DNA of 62,384 bases, filler included, from Sphacelaria rigidula (GCA_964200075.2; 10 parts of 10 records of this genome joined end to end with filler, not necessarily neighbours in it), one strand, 5' to 3'; numbered from the whole stretch's first letter, positions 1 to 13,418 are shown. Made by a program: numbers and translations. Notes: generated by a model from the letters alone, not told the origin.

Positions 1-571
1 ATTTTAATCCTCCGGGTTCTCATCCTCAATCAAAAGCACCATCCTCAACATAGATGATCGGCTGTTTTGAGTAGCTCACAAATTGAAGAGCCTAAGAGTT
101 TTTTCGCGCACCCCTACCATTACACCACCCAACGGCTAATACGCCAAATCACATACCCAGGAGAGGGTATTTGAGGAGGAGACATGCGGTGGGGGGGGGT
201 CTCAAATTAGCAAGCAGGGTGCATATGTTCTAGTGATCACTCGCGTGTCCGGGGCCATCGCCATTCGCATTCATGCACAGGGCCCTGACCGACCGTAGAA
301 GATGATCCCAGCACGTACCTATGGGGGTGGGGGGGAAACAACATATTTCCTGGGGTGTCTGTAGTCCCGTCAAGAAAAACGAATACATAACTCCTTGGCG
401 TAGAGTGTAAGCTTCGTAGTGGTACTGGTCAACTGCTCAAATAAGTTGTTGTTGTCCGGCAGCAAATAATGGCTCAAGCGTCGGATAAAATCCCCCTTTA
501 TCACTGAAACTGTTCGGGGAGGGAATGCGTTGTTGATTTCATCTCGGGGTCTTCGTTAGAGGGACTATCAC

Positions 572-1008
572 CATCCGATCATCGAAAATGGGAGTGGAGC
601 TTTTCATTGAGGATAAGAACCCAGAGGATTAGAATCTTCGCACCCACACGAAATGTTCGAAATGTGGTTCTATTTCTTCACCTACTAGTATCTATTGGCA
701 AGTACTACACTTCTTGCAAAATTGGATGTCGATAACCGTAACATTGGGGTCCTAGTTGAAAAACCAATTTCGGGGGAATTCGGCGATCCGATCGGATCAC
801 GTAAACTACAAACTGTTTTTTCGTCTAGAACCCCGACATTCCGGTTATTGAAATCCAAATTCGTGCGGCGTGTAGCAGTTGCCAATAGCTATCAGTAGAT
901 GAAGGAATGTGGTCATATTTTGAAGATTTCGTATGGATACGAAGATTTTAATCCTCCGGGTTCTCATCCTCAATGAAAAGCCCCCTCCTCAATTTTGATG
1001 ATCGGCTG
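572..1008. mobile_element. Foldback (long imperfect palindrome) non-autonomous element
   Basis: Inverted arms of ~210 bp centred on the perfect palindrome GATCCGATCGGATC (785-798). The right arm recurs at 1-68, and a homologous foldback lies at 44001-44440. Confidence 0.8.
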
Positions 1009-1076
1009 TTCACGGTGGGTTGCTCATAATTCAACATCGAAGCCGCCGCTACTTGATGAGCACATGGATATGTACA

Positions 1077-1522
1077 GAGTGATGCTACGGTAGGGGTGCA
1101 CAAATACTTTCTAGGGTCAAAATCGTTAGGAGCTCTCTATCTCATCCAAAACACGTCTTATGAAATATATTAGAGTACGCCAGGATTACTATTGCAATGT
1201 GCTGGGGATATCCCGAATGGATTTGCAAACGGGGATGCCCTTGTACATCTGGAATCGTTAGGAGAGTCATGCTACGGTAGGGGTGCACAAATATTATCTG
1301 AGGTTAGAATTGTTAGGAGTCCCTCACCTCATGCAAAACACCAGTCATAAACATGTGTGAGAGTACGCCAGGATTACCACTCCGATGTGCTTGGGATTTT
1401 CGGGATGAATTTTCAAACGGGGCTGCCCTGACCCATATTCTTGTGCATCTAGAATCGTTAGGAGCCCCTGAAAACCAGACAAGATCTCGCGCAAAAAGTG
1501 CACCCCTACCGTAGCATTGCTG
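1077..1522 (+). mobile_element. Sola2-like MITE, partial tandem dimer (truncated copy 1077-1263 plus full copy 1264-1522)
   Basis: TIR GAGT(G/C)ATGCTACGGTAGGGGTGCAC at 1077 and 1264, with the inverted copy ending at 1522. Flanking direct repeat TACA (1073-1076, 1523-1526). Body homologous, in the opposite orientation, to 7382-7639. Confidence 0.85.
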
Positions 1523-4367
1523 TACATTATTTTTGTGACAACGCCCCCAAGATGGACGATGTTGATCTCCTTCAGCCTTTCAGTAGGAACACCACTTTCG
1601 CAAGATTGACACTGATCGAAGCTTTTGATTGACTCGGGTTCTTCGCCGTTCTTGGAATCGGCATCAACTTTACTCGATGCGTTATTGCGTGACCCCTGAT
1701 TACTAGCACCGTCGATATGAGTTAATATTCCGAAGAGCTAGTCGTCGCATACTCAATCCGAGAAGCGAACAAACGTCAATATACGATTCATTGATGTCGC
1801 GATGGGTTACTACACTACACTCGCATCCGACGTAGTAATCAGAAGAATATCATGGGGCGGCATTGCGTAACGTGCGACGTGGAACCATCACCTGCTCGCT
1901 GTACAACGGCGCATCAACGAGAGGGGTACTTCGATGGTTAATGTCCTCACTCCCTTTCTCGTATTGCCACCTAAACAAAACGGATCGTTCTCGATCATTA
2001 CTCGTAAAGCTAACGGACTTTTGATCTACACGACATACTCCGCAAGATCATTCGAATTAACCCCTTCACCGCTAGGACAGGTGATCTCTTGAATCAGCAT
2101 CATTACACATGACATTCAGCGATGACAGTGTTTCATGCCTTCATGGGAACACGTAACAACAGCGTGTCCTTCTGCACAGGTGACTCCATCAAAAGTTTCC
2201 GATGTCCACGGCATGACATTGGGGTTCCGCGGTAAAACCATCGCGCACCTATGTGCGTTGACCCTTTTGGAACCGTTGATGGGAAAATGACGATTTTACC
2301 AGTGACGTTTTTGGGTAAGCTATGGTTGGTTTTCTGCAAGTGTTGATGATGTTGCAGCCGACCAAAAATGTGCACCACTCCAAGTTCAAGTGTACTAATA
2401 ATGTGACAGACTCGTGAACCGAGCTCGAAGTGGCGTTTTCCTGGTGACGAAAGCTCGCACATGGGGGAGTTTGTACTGTTTTTCGCGAGTTCCAAAAGGG
2501 TCAAGAGGGACCGTAGTATAAAAAACTTGCCCGAAACAATGTAAGGCACAAGGGTCACACCCGCCACCCCCCTCCCGGCAACGTGCTGTTTCGACCATAA
2601 CCCCCATGAAAACTACGCAAGGCACGCCACGATGGACAAAGCACATCAACTGAATCTGCCATATGGATGAAAATTATTTCATTTCATGCAATCATCATAA
2701 TTTTATTCGTCGCACTTTGAATCCCTCCCCTTCCTCGAGATGAGTCCGTGGTCTCAAGGGATCAACCCATCTCTACCCCAGAACACGCCTAGCATTTTGG
2801 TCTCGCGGATTGGATCATGACCAGCACACTCCCGCACCGCGCCATCTCACGTCAAACAAACTCAGTCTCAACTACTTTGTTTACTCACGTTCTTACGCGT
2901 TCCACGGAATATATATATAGACATTACAAAAGAAAAAACCCGACGCATCGGGAATCTAACCGTTGTTCTCTCCACTCTAATGGCGACAGTCGAACCATTA
3001 CCATTACCCCACCGAGGCGCGCATATGCGGGAAAACGGGAAAAGAAAACCAATGCAATGTTGCAGCAGACCACCGAAACCACTTTCTCGATATAGCCGAC
3101 GGAATCACCCGACCCGCGCGTCTGACAACACACGCATGCCCGGCACAACACGCAAGGAACAACCGAAGGTATCTTGCTCCCGATACACATAAACAATGTC
3201 ACGTAAATACGGTAAAGAAATCCTACGCCACCAGCTTCGACGGGGGAAGATATAGGTAGTCACGCTAACGTGTTCATAATCAGGAGGTTCTCAATTGCTG
3301 TCGACTTCCCAAGGGGAGGTAGGTAGGGAGGAGGGAGGATCTGATCTACATGTCATTCCAAAATTGCTCGAGTTTATTATTTTTTTCCGGCCCCAAAGCA
3401 AGGACCGAGTACGGTGCAAGTACAATGTAAACAAAGTAAGGGTGAAAAACACTTGTCAAAATAGTCGTTCCGGATTCATCGAATTGGTTCTTTCCGCCGG
3501 ACGGTGGGGGTGTACTCATGGTCTCACATGCCGTAGTCATTAGACCATCATCCGGGGGGGGTACTCATCATCTGGTGGACGTATCACCATTGCCACAACG
3601 CACGTACGAAGCCATATACCGGCACAGTACGAGTCATTTTCCAGTCTCACCACCGCTCGCGCGTATCCATCCCCCACTACAGCGCTGGGCAGAAGTGCAT
3701 CTGTAAATGTACAGAGGGAGATGGTGTATGACCCGTACGAGACAACACGAATCAAATTTTAAAAAAAAACAGGAAAAAAAAATCTTGTTGCCTCCCAGGC
3801 TAGGCTACAGTAACAACTTCGTCCGTCATCACTCAGAGATCCTCCGACGCTCTCAATGGAATACTCGACCGGAGGCCGCTTGAAGGTCGTGCTCGCGGTA
3901 CCGCTCGCCCCTCGTGGACCAGTCAGACTCACGAATAAGTCTGCTCGTCCAATGGAAGGCCGCGCAGCAGCACAAGCGGCAATGGGCAAGGAGGGGGGGC
4001 GGGCAGGCAGGGCGAGTACTGTCACCACGTCGATCGGGATCAAGATAAAACATCGCCCGTCTTGACTTCTTGCAAGCAGCAGCATCTACGCGAGTTTTCG
4101 TCGTCAAATCATCACGGTTCAAAAAAATAGTCGATCTAGAGCAGAATCTTGAGATTCAGATCTTGAGGGAAGCTGACAGTCTCGTGCGCCCCCTCCCATC
4201 ATGCGCGGGCGGGACCGTTCTCGCTCAGGTCGGCACCGTACGACGCTGACTCTGCACGCACGCTTTGCCAACTGCAGGGCACCATCCCCATGTACATACT
4301 CATCACAGGAGGGTTCCCGGTGTAAATGGACCTTGGGTTGGGATCAGGGCGCGGGTCAGGATTATGA

Positions 4368-4558
4368 GGCCGTGTCTTAGCATATAAGCTTTAGATCGAA
4401 AATGTGCGGTGGAAAAACAAAAATGCCGACATGATATGTCGTGATTTCGACCATCCTCAAAAATTAACGACCATGGTTGAAATTACGACCTATGATATCG
4501 GTATTCTTGTTTTCCACCGCACTTTTCTTATCGAAAATTAACGTGCTAAGACACGCCC
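4368..4558. mobile_element. Palindromic MITE, PIF/Harbinger (Tourist)-like
   Basis: TIRs GGCCGTGTCTTAGCA / TGCTAAGACACGCCC, arms self-complementary for ~85 bp, flanks TGA and TTA (imperfect 3-bp TWA-type TSD). Confidence 0.7.
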
Positions 4559-5088
4559 TTATATCCATAATACATCACATCATGATGATTCGACAAAAAA
4601 TATGTATAAACCAGCTCTCCTGCACACCACGGCCATCCTTTGTCCCGTATGGACCGGAGATCTTTCCAATACAGGGAGTAAGGTACTATTTTGGCTTACT
4701 TTTTCTCCACTGACTGGACAACTTCCATGATATCCATTAAGAGATTCGGGAAAAGCTCTTCCGTCATTTCAGAGTGTAACGAAACATTATTTCCCCCTCC
4801 GTCAAATGGGGTATCCCTCTTTCGATCTTTTTCGGCGAGGTAATGTTCTTTATTCTGCACTCTCTGATCCTAATATTTTTGCACTCTGAAATGGCAAAAA
4901 AAGCGTTTTCCGAAACTCTCTATATTGACGCTGAAGTAAGAGTACAGAGATAGCCCAAATCATATACTATAAAATGGAACAACGTTTCTGGTGAAACGTA
5001 TTACGGGATGCTCAGGCATCAAAATCTGAAACGCCACCTCTGGGTGACTTGAACGTTCACAACAAATGCGTGAGAAGTGGGGAACACT

Positions 5089-5618
5089 CAAGGGCAGGCC
5101 GGGTACGGTACATCCAATACTCGGTATTTTGAGAAGTCATACTCTTGGCACCCAAACATTTGGGTGGGGTATTGAAATCGTACCCAATCTATCCAAAATT
5201 GGGTAAAGTATTTTAGATCGTACGCAACATACCCTATTTTTGGTGGACTATTGAGGTTCTACCCGAGTGACAGTATGTACCTAGATATTGCTGAGAGTGT
5301 TTTACTCAAATTTGAGTAGAGTACTTGAGGTTGTACTAAATCGACCCAAAATTTGGGTTGAGTTCTTCAGGCCGTACCCAATCTGGTAAAAAAATGAGTG
5401 GAGTTGAGGTCATACCCAAATGATCCTCTATACCCAGGTGTTGCTGAGAGTGCATGCCTAATATTTGAGTACGGTATTTGCAGGTCGTGCTCAATGTACC
5501 CAAAGCTTGGGTAGAGTATTTGAGGCCGTACCCAATCTACCCAGAACTTGGGTTGAGTGAATACCAGGGTATTTTACCCGAGTATTCAAAAGTACATACC
5601 GTACCCGATCTGCCCTTG
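5089..5618. mobile_element. hAT-like non-autonomous element with internal ~39-bp degenerate tandem repeats
   Basis: TIR CAAGGGCAGnnCGGGTACGGTA at both ends; degenerate 8-bp flanks GGAACACT/GAAACGAT; internal TACCC-rich repeats; termini related to 14509-14713. Confidence 0.7.
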
Positions 5619-6149
5619 GAAACGATCACACCGCCACCTCATTGCGGGGGGGAGGGCGGGGGGGGGATCGTACAGGAGTCATGTTGAGATGCACCGGGGA
5701 ACGGCGCATTACTGGATCGTGTCACGCAAAATATCATGTACAACGTATGAGAAACATTTCGAACCATTGCTTGGATGACATCACCACTGCGCAACGTACG
5801 CACGGCAGAGCTCGTCGTTCAAAGAAAATGAATACATGGATGGAAAAAAAAAATGGAGACAAAAAGTCAGCATCCCGAAGCATTTCCGGTTGCCGGCTCA
5901 AGCAAGCGTGTCCGGGTTGTCGTATTCCAGTGTGTAAGAGATCCTGGCCTGCTCCCTGCGGGGGTCGGCCGAGGACCGCTAGTGATCTTGAACCACACAC
6001 ACAAAGACCACCAAACCAACGGAAGCGGAGCAAGGAAAGGTAAGGGACACGAACCCTAGCATCGTGTCGACGTGGGCTCTGAGGTTTGGGGCGATAGGAG
6101 ATACAGGGGTCGTGAGACACAGTGTAACTCATATCGCACTAAATTTTTC

Positions 6150-6249
6150 NNNNNNNNNNNNNNNNNNNNNNNNNNNNNNNNNNNNNNNNNNNNTTAATTA
6201 ATTAANNNNNNNNNNNNNNNNNNNNNNNNNNNNNNNNNNNNNNNNNNNN
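6150..6249. other. Artificial contig spacer
   Basis: 44 N + TTAATTAATTAA (stops in six frames) + 44 N. Confidence 0.99.
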
Positions 6250-6304
6250 ATCTCAATGGTCAAAAGACTAAGGCAAGCAAAAAATGAGTACGCCCCCCCC
6301 CCCC
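6250..6304 (+). mobile_element. LINE 3' end (family A)
   Basis: Matches 38309-38360 (CAATGGTCAAAnGACTAAGGCAAGCAAnAAATGAGTACG followed by a C-tract). Confidence 0.85.
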
Positions 6305-7246
6305 ACCTGCCCTGTGCACAGGGCTTTTATCAATGCACAAATTCGAAAGCCGAGTACAAAGCGAATACTTTTGTCTTTCGTTGAAACCGAGTCAATTGCC
6401 AGTCACTCACTGCACGCGCTGTTAACAATGCTTTCGTGATGTTGAGAGTACAGAGGATACGATTGCGAGAGTGTGTTGTCGTCCCATCATTCTGGACGCC
6501 GGTCTACACCTTTCGGTATATGTGTGCGAATCAGCCGGGGTCACACAGGAGAAATGTCAAGTAAAAAGCTGTCAACTAGTGGGAGAATCGTTGCAGTTTC
6601 AAAATGCCCTCCGCGAGGCCCGATATGCTTCCTGCAGTAGTAGCTTTGTCGCAGAAGAAGAGTATGCATTGGTTATGTGTGGAAGGTAGCCTCTAGATGG
6701 GTTGCTTCGTGTACGCGGGGCATCCTGGGACCCTGCATTTCAGCTTACAACGGCTACACTAATAATGTAAACTCTCTATCTCACGCCGAGACCATGCATT
6801 CCGTTTCCTTGTCGAGTCCGATCAGCTAGTTCTGCAGAAGGGGAGCGGCACGCAATGAGCACTGCGTATAGCATGTGGGTTATTCCTGGGTAAAGGGTAG
6901 ATGGTGTCGTATTCAGTGGTCAGCAATGGTGGAGTGCAGTTCAGTATCAAGTGGCGAATATTGCTCTCAGAGATCGTTTGGGGCTTGCTTTTGTTCTGAA
7001 GCGGAAGGGGATCACGGGCAGTTGCCTATCCCATGTTTTTAGTGTCTCATCCTCGAGCGGGTTAAGATGTCAGGACCCGCAATTAAATCACTTCATAGTC
7101 TCCTCTACAGGTTCATTATGTATCCTGTAACATCCCGCCTTTTAGATTTGCCAAGTGTTTTACCAGGCATACCTAATCGGATTGAGACTAGCGCAATCAA
7201 CCAGGGACCGTGTGACAATAAGGCGGCGCTTCAAACACACGTCCTC

Positions 7247-7720
7247 GTAGTTTCCCACGAGGAAAATACGGGATAGAGACCCGTTTCGGCTGCACCCAGT
7301 TTTGTACACGCTTCCCTGCAGTTCCCTACAAGGAAAATATGGGATAGAGACCCGTTTCAGCTGCATCCAGTTTCATACACAGAGTGATGCTGCGATAGGG
7401 TCTGCACTTTTGGGGCCAAAACCGGCCTGATTCAGGGGTTCCTGAAATTAGAAACTGCACAAGAATATGGGTCAGGATATCCCCGTTTGCAAGTTCATTC
7501 GGGATATCCCTAGCAAATTGGAAGAAAAATCCTGGCGTACTCTCAACTATTTCGAAAGTCGTGATTTGGATGAAATGAAGGGTTCCTAACAGTTCTACTC
7601 TCAGGCCGTAAAAGTGCTGACCCTATCGCAGCATCACTCCACACTTCTCTATGGCTTTCCACCGGGAAAGGACGGGATAGAGGCCCGTTTCGGCTGCACC
7701 CAGATTCGGCTGTACCCGAG
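7247..7720 (+). repeat. Three copies of a 71-bp tandem unit, the second interrupted by a MITE
   Basis: A GGGATAGAGACCCGTTTCGGCTGCACCCAG-like core starts at 7270, 7341 and 7674. Confidence 0.85.
7382..7639 (-). mobile_element. 258-bp Sola2-like MITE
   Basis: TIR of ~30 bp, GAGTGATGCTGCGATAGGGTC(T/A)GCACTTTT; GAG...CTC termini; 4-bp TSD CACA (7378-7381, 7640-7643), confirmed by host repeat spacing 333 = 71+258+4. Confidence 0.92.
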
Positions 7721-7857
7721 GGACCAGGTAACTTTTTCATCTCCTTCTGCATCTCTGAGCTTGAGTGAATGTTCCACCCTTGTTCATCCTGTATCGGGTT
7801 TTCCACCTGTAAATCACTCACTCGGGGGGGGGTGCGCGTCTGGTGGCATGGCTTCTG

Positions 7858-8418
7858 CTACCTATAGTTTGCAACCCATTGTCGGTGTGTACTGGATACC
7901 TCTCGCTCTAAACTGCTAATTTTACGCAGTTCGCCCCTGCTGAATTCCAACCACTCGCCGTACGGGTATCTCACGCGCTCGTTTGGATCAAAGTAATCAT
8001 ATAGCTCACCTGTCTCTACTCTATCGCCGGCCGAAGTTCCCGGGACGTGTCTTATGATGCTCATGCTCGCACTCCGTCTCTGTCGGGCCTTTTGCTTGTT
8101 TCCCTGTTTGACTTTTAGGACTACCTTGTCTGGTTGATGATTTAACGTTTGTTTCACGAAATTCTCTAGACTTAACGCGGTGTCAGTGCCGCTCATTTGT
8201 CGTACAAGAGTGTCTAGGGCAGCCGGGAGAGTACAGTTAAAGGGTATTTGAAATGGGGGTATGTTGGAAGGGACGGATGGATCCGGGAGTGCACGTTTAG
8301 TCCAACACGTTGGATCTACGTACCCGTCCCACTTGTCGAACAATGTATCATGCATCGATGCCCCTGCCCTCTCAACGGTACCTCGACCTCCTGGGTGATT
8401 TTTAGGTCGGTAGTCCAT
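7858..8418 (-). pseudogene. 186-aa ORF of unknown identity, possibly part of a decayed retroelement
   Basis: Protein-like composition but no recognised motif; neighbouring minus-strand frames are broken by stops. Confidence 0.2.
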
Positions 8419-11400
8419 TGATAACTCAAGTCATCTACATAAATACCTCACTCATGCTGCTGCGGGGCTCCCCCCTTTTTGGCTGCAAATTGGTTCAGGC
8501 ATGACGAACATTTCACACAGGATCAACAGTGGGATGCGGGCCACCGTTATCGATTCTTTGTCGGGCGGGCGCAGGCAAAAGGGTTTTGGTGCCCAGTTGA
8601 TAACCTGTGGTGTGCATCGGATACCGGATGTAATCATGCAATGAGTGTCCTGGAAGTTAATCTCCAATATCAATCAGGGATACAAAATGCAACTCTTTGG
8701 TATCGTCATAGGTTGAGACCGGCCTTTTCCCAGCGTCTGCAACCGTATGATCGAGCGTACTTGCGGTAGTCTCTGTTTGTACTGTTCGAGCAGAAATGAC
8801 GCTGCGAAAATAGCATGGTGTGTGCTAATTCAGTGTGCGCGTATTTAGTGTGTACCAGTGCTGACAGATCACACATCAGTTGTCGCTGGATGGCTAAAGT
8901 TGACATATGTTCATCACCGGTGCCCACAACAGACAATGATCGTCCCTAGCGTAGCACTCTAAAAAGCGTTCTTCGAGTCTTCCCTCTTCGTATCGCTGAA
9001 TAGAGCAGCTCGTGTTCGGTTAAGTTGGTGACTGCTGTTTCTTTCATCTCCCTTTTTATTCTTGTTTCTCTTGCCACTAAATTTGAACACCTGCACTGGA
9101 TAAATGGGGGGAAAGTGCTGATAGCGTTGGGGGTTTTGGATATGGAACTAAACGGATTCGGAGCACAAACCTCAGGTGTTCAACACTCCTGGCAAATTAC
9201 TGCAATAAGCGACTATATCTGGTTCAACACTTGCATACATGAAACACTATGGGGCGGATCGTTCTCAAATCTTGTGAACAGTACAGCCAAAGGATAACAT
9301 GGCAACTAGAAGGATAGCTGGATGAATAGATCCGGGAGACATTTACATCAAAAGAGCACCTGAGTTGACCGTAATGTAACAAGATATTGTGCCGGATACC
9401 AGTATTTCGACGATGAGTCGTCACGATAGAGTGGCGATACGGTCTTGATATACCACACAATTCAAGAAAAGACGGTTGTCATTCGTGAGTGTGAAGGTAC
9501 AGCGAAAACAGCATAATAAAATAAATGAAAAATAGAAGCATCAACGCTCGAGAGAAACACTGCAACACCAGAGTGAAGCGTGGCACGCAACATGGATATT
9601 TGCGGGAGCCACTGTTACGAAAGCGATTATCATAGCCCTTGGCAATATGAGATAAGATACGCGATGTTCAGTCACACCTAACAGTTAGTCCTGTTATGTA
9701 AACAAAAGACGTGCGGCAGTCACCCAACCGAGAAAACCACTAAATTGTATTCAACGCGGACACATACCGTCCTCGATGTACCGTGCTTCCGCGTCCCGGT
9801 GTGGCCTGGTGGGGGGTGAACGGACGCCATCGCATTTAGCGCGGTTTCTCTCGTGATGACACATATACCCAGGACAAGGGTGTGAGATGAAGGTAGTAAA
9901 GTGTAGGGTCAGCACAAGTTGGGAGCACTGAGTACATGAAGATAAGAGCATGCCCTGGTCTTGTCACTCCTGTCGCGTATCGACTCGTTCCATGTCGAGC
10001 ACTGAATTCGACACATAGCTTGTGATATAAATAAGGGTACGAAAAGGGCTCCATCATCCAATGCAATAAGTATAGACATCAGTAAGCGAGGAATTGTACT
10101 TGTGTAGAAGATGCACTGCAAATGAAATCCCAAAATTCAAAATATGCGAAACCCACTAAAATTGTGTATTTCCCAGAACAAAAACGATCACCGCAAAAAT
10201 GATATCGGGTGATGCAGTACAAGCGAAAAAACACAAGGGTGACAAACACAAACACGATCAAATATATAGTTAGTAAGGTTGAGAACAAAATACAATATCA
10301 CAGTTCCCAAAAGCTAAACTGTCACCGCAAGGATGAAACCGTGTGGTGTACGGGCAGCGAGAGCGTCGGTAAGGTGTGAAGCCGGACGCAGGGCTCGTCG
10401 CGGGAAAAAGCCCAAGATCTTTGCGGATGAGTGGCAATTCAGCATGTATTGTGGTCATCACATGTGCTCTTCTCCAGAGTTTTAGTGCTCGTGATCGTAA
10501 AGCTGTTGTTGCATGAGATGCAACAGTGGAAAACTGTTTTTCATCGCCCCTTTTTCATTTTTTAGATGGTTGAACAATCTTGGCGCTAGGGCTTGAGGAT
10601 AGAACTGCCAGTACACGTTGCTACGATACCCTCCCGGTTCTGTTCCCCGTCCCGGCTCGTACCTGAACTGGATGAGATTACCTGTGTTGCTGCGGACTCC
10701 TGGGTGTCTTGCTGCATGTGTCGTGTTGTGCTCAAGGTCGCATGTACAATCGTGCTGTGGTGCGGTACCGACAATGGTATGGTTCGCTGTACTCACAGAA
10801 GGGCTCTGGGACGCTACTACAAAAAGAAAACGAATGAAGAGAAAAATATTCATCCGATAGATGGATGGGTGGGAGCTGATCGAGTCACCCACTATTGTAC
10901 CTGTCATTTGGCGCCCCAACTCGAGGCAGGGCTTACCTGGTAGGGGGTAGACCTGTGGAGGGTGGCTTGTGCATAGATTTCCTCAACTGCATGGTGCACA
11001 AATAAATAAATCAAATGTATGGAAGTTACTCGCAGGCGAGCAGACCTGGATATATCGATTCTTCAATGCGAAAAATGAGCCAACCCTTCTTCTTTTTTGT
11101 TGTTGTTGCGGCCTCGGTGTAGTATATTAACCGCGTCGCTTCCACGGCATATTTTCACATGCGAGTAGACATTGTGTGTTGTTTGACATTTCATGGGTGA
11201 TGGTGGGATCATCATGCATCATGTAGTGTATATTATGAGTAAAGTACATGTCGGTTCTGTATATGAAAAAAAGGGTTTATCGCCGCTTTCTTGACGAAAA
11301 AAGAAGGAAAGAATGAGCTCATATCCCGTATTAAACAAGCGTATATCAGTTCTTTTAAGCGCTGACAAGTAACCTATTTCGATGCCAACGGTTCGGATTA

Positions 11401-12398
11401 TCTCCTTGGAAAAACAACTATAGAAAAAATGAGTAACAATTCAACTCATGTCGGTGCTTACACAGCCGGTGATATGCCCGGAGTATGGGTCGGTCGTGTA
11501 TCGGCGTACAACGAATGACGGAAGAAATAAAGAGTGGGGCTGAAAAAAATTGCAAAAAGAAAAAATGAAACGCTGGGTGAGGATTGCTAGCGGGCAAACG
11601 ATCCTGAATAGTTATTTATTTTATGCGGGACATGAGCCATTTCCTTTCTTCTTCTTTTTTTCGTTGGGATCTGTTGGTATCTGTTGTCTGTTGATCGCGT
11701 TGCCGACACAGAATGTTGTAATGTTAGCTGTCGAAATTGATTGGCGTTTCATGGCTGTTGTTGATGGGATGAGTGAGCACCGAATGTCTTTTATTGAGAG
11801 AGAGTTACATGTCGGTTCAGAGGAGAATCATGACCTAGGTGCATGTCTTTTCATTACCGTTCATGTCCAACAAGGAAAGGAAAAAAAAAAAGGAGAGAAA
11901 AAAAACGGAAAAAAAAGGGACTGAGCTCATGTCTCGCATAAAAGAAAACTTCTTTAGTTCCGATTAGTCTCGCAAGCAATCAATGTATCACTGTTCGGGC
12001 AATATTGTGCACGGAAAAATATGCGTTGCACTGGATGTGAGTCAAGTCGATCGTTGTGTCCGTTACGCTATGTCATATGAGCTATGTGGGTACTCATATT
12101 TGTAATAGATACTTATGCGCTTTAGCCTGAAAAGAAGGAACCTCCAGCACGTGGAGGGGTGGGGGAAAAATACGGCGTGTGGGTTGCTTGTGGGAGAGTA
12201 CAACCGGATATACCGTTCTTTTTATGGGAGTTACGAACAATTTTTCCGATGGCGGTGGCGACTACTGTCAATTTTATTTTGTGCATTGCATGTAAATGGT
12301 ATTTTGACAATTGGGTCAACATTTCATGTTAACAGCCGATCCTAATTTTCGGGGTTGAAACATGATATGAGGTTGAAGTCCCATCCCTCCATTGCAGG

Positions 12399-12498
12399 NN
12401 NNNNNNNNNNNNNNNNNNNNNNNNNNNNNNNNNNNNNNNNNNTTAATTAATTAANNNNNNNNNNNNNNNNNNNNNNNNNNNNNNNNNNNNNNNNNNNN
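12399..12498. other. Artificial contig spacer
   Basis: Same 100-bp linker. Confidence 0.99.
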
Positions 12499-12587
12499 CC
12501 CACAAAGAGCGCGGCGACACGAGCGGCAAAAATAATGCAAGCGACAAAAGGTCGCCCCCCCCCCCCCCCCTATCGTAGCATGACTTC
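12499..12587 (-). mobile_element. Terminus of the long Sola2-like element at a contig break
   Basis: Reverse complement reads AAGTCATGCTACGATAG followed by a G-tract, the same TIR family. Confidence 0.75.
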
Positions 12588-13418
12588 TTAGTGTCGTCCA
12601 AGTTAGTGGCGATGCTGTCCATGTGGTTGCTTACATGGCCCAGGTTTTCGATGAACTCCCCAACTCGATTGCTCAACGTATCAATCTGTTGAACCGTGAC
12701 TCGCGGAAGACCCACCGCCGTCCCTCCCTCCGCTGAACTCGACACGATCCATCCCGAATGCGCAGAACCGCCACTGCCTGCACCACTGCCTGTAACAGTG
12801 CGTCAAACGACGGGTCCTGGTGGGGGGCGTGCTGATCTTTCCCACTAGCCTTGCGTTTAGCGTTGCCGCCTGCCCCCGCAGCCTAATGTGACGCCGCTTG
12901 TCACGACGATACGTCAGTCAGAGCTTTCGAAGCAACAGAAAAACTCAGACCAAACGAACTGGATCAGCGATTCAAGGTGCTGTCACCCGCTGATAGTCGC
13001 GTCACCCCTCTCCTGGGTCTCACACACCTCGAACTTACTGCACGCCCCGTTCCTATCGCTTAAGCGTAGGTGTACTTGCTCTTGTACCTTGTTGCTCTCA
13101 CACACTGAATCGTCCCATCTGACTCACCAACAAATCGACCAAGTCTCATCTGTTCTGAAATGGCTTCTGGACACTACCGCCAATCTGGGAAGCCGGTCCT
13201 TCGCAAAAACTCGATTCTTCACCAACACAGAATTCAGTCTTCTTGAGAGAAGTCCTAAAATGTTTCGGAGCTCCAAACGGCTTATCATGATAGTAGAGTT
13301 CTGCCGTTGCTGTTAGATATCCGATCACGGGCAAAGTGCTGATCTCGCTGTTGGCTTGCCTTCGCCGACAAAATGAAGAACAGGGATGACGCTGCCTACC
13401 CGTGTATGGCGTTCAAAA

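Noticed and set aside
1527..2100. Possible Ulp1/C48 protease remnant (QCQSCESGV resembles QxNxxDCGV)
   Set aside because: Six stops in ~190 codons, and the catalytic His-Trp and Cys are absent; indistinguishable from chance.
5100..5600. CRISPR-like appearance of ~39-bp repeats (also 7247-7720 and 59451-62311)
   Set aside because: Degenerate tandem units without unique spacers, no cas genes, eukaryotic context, and mostly inside TIR elements.
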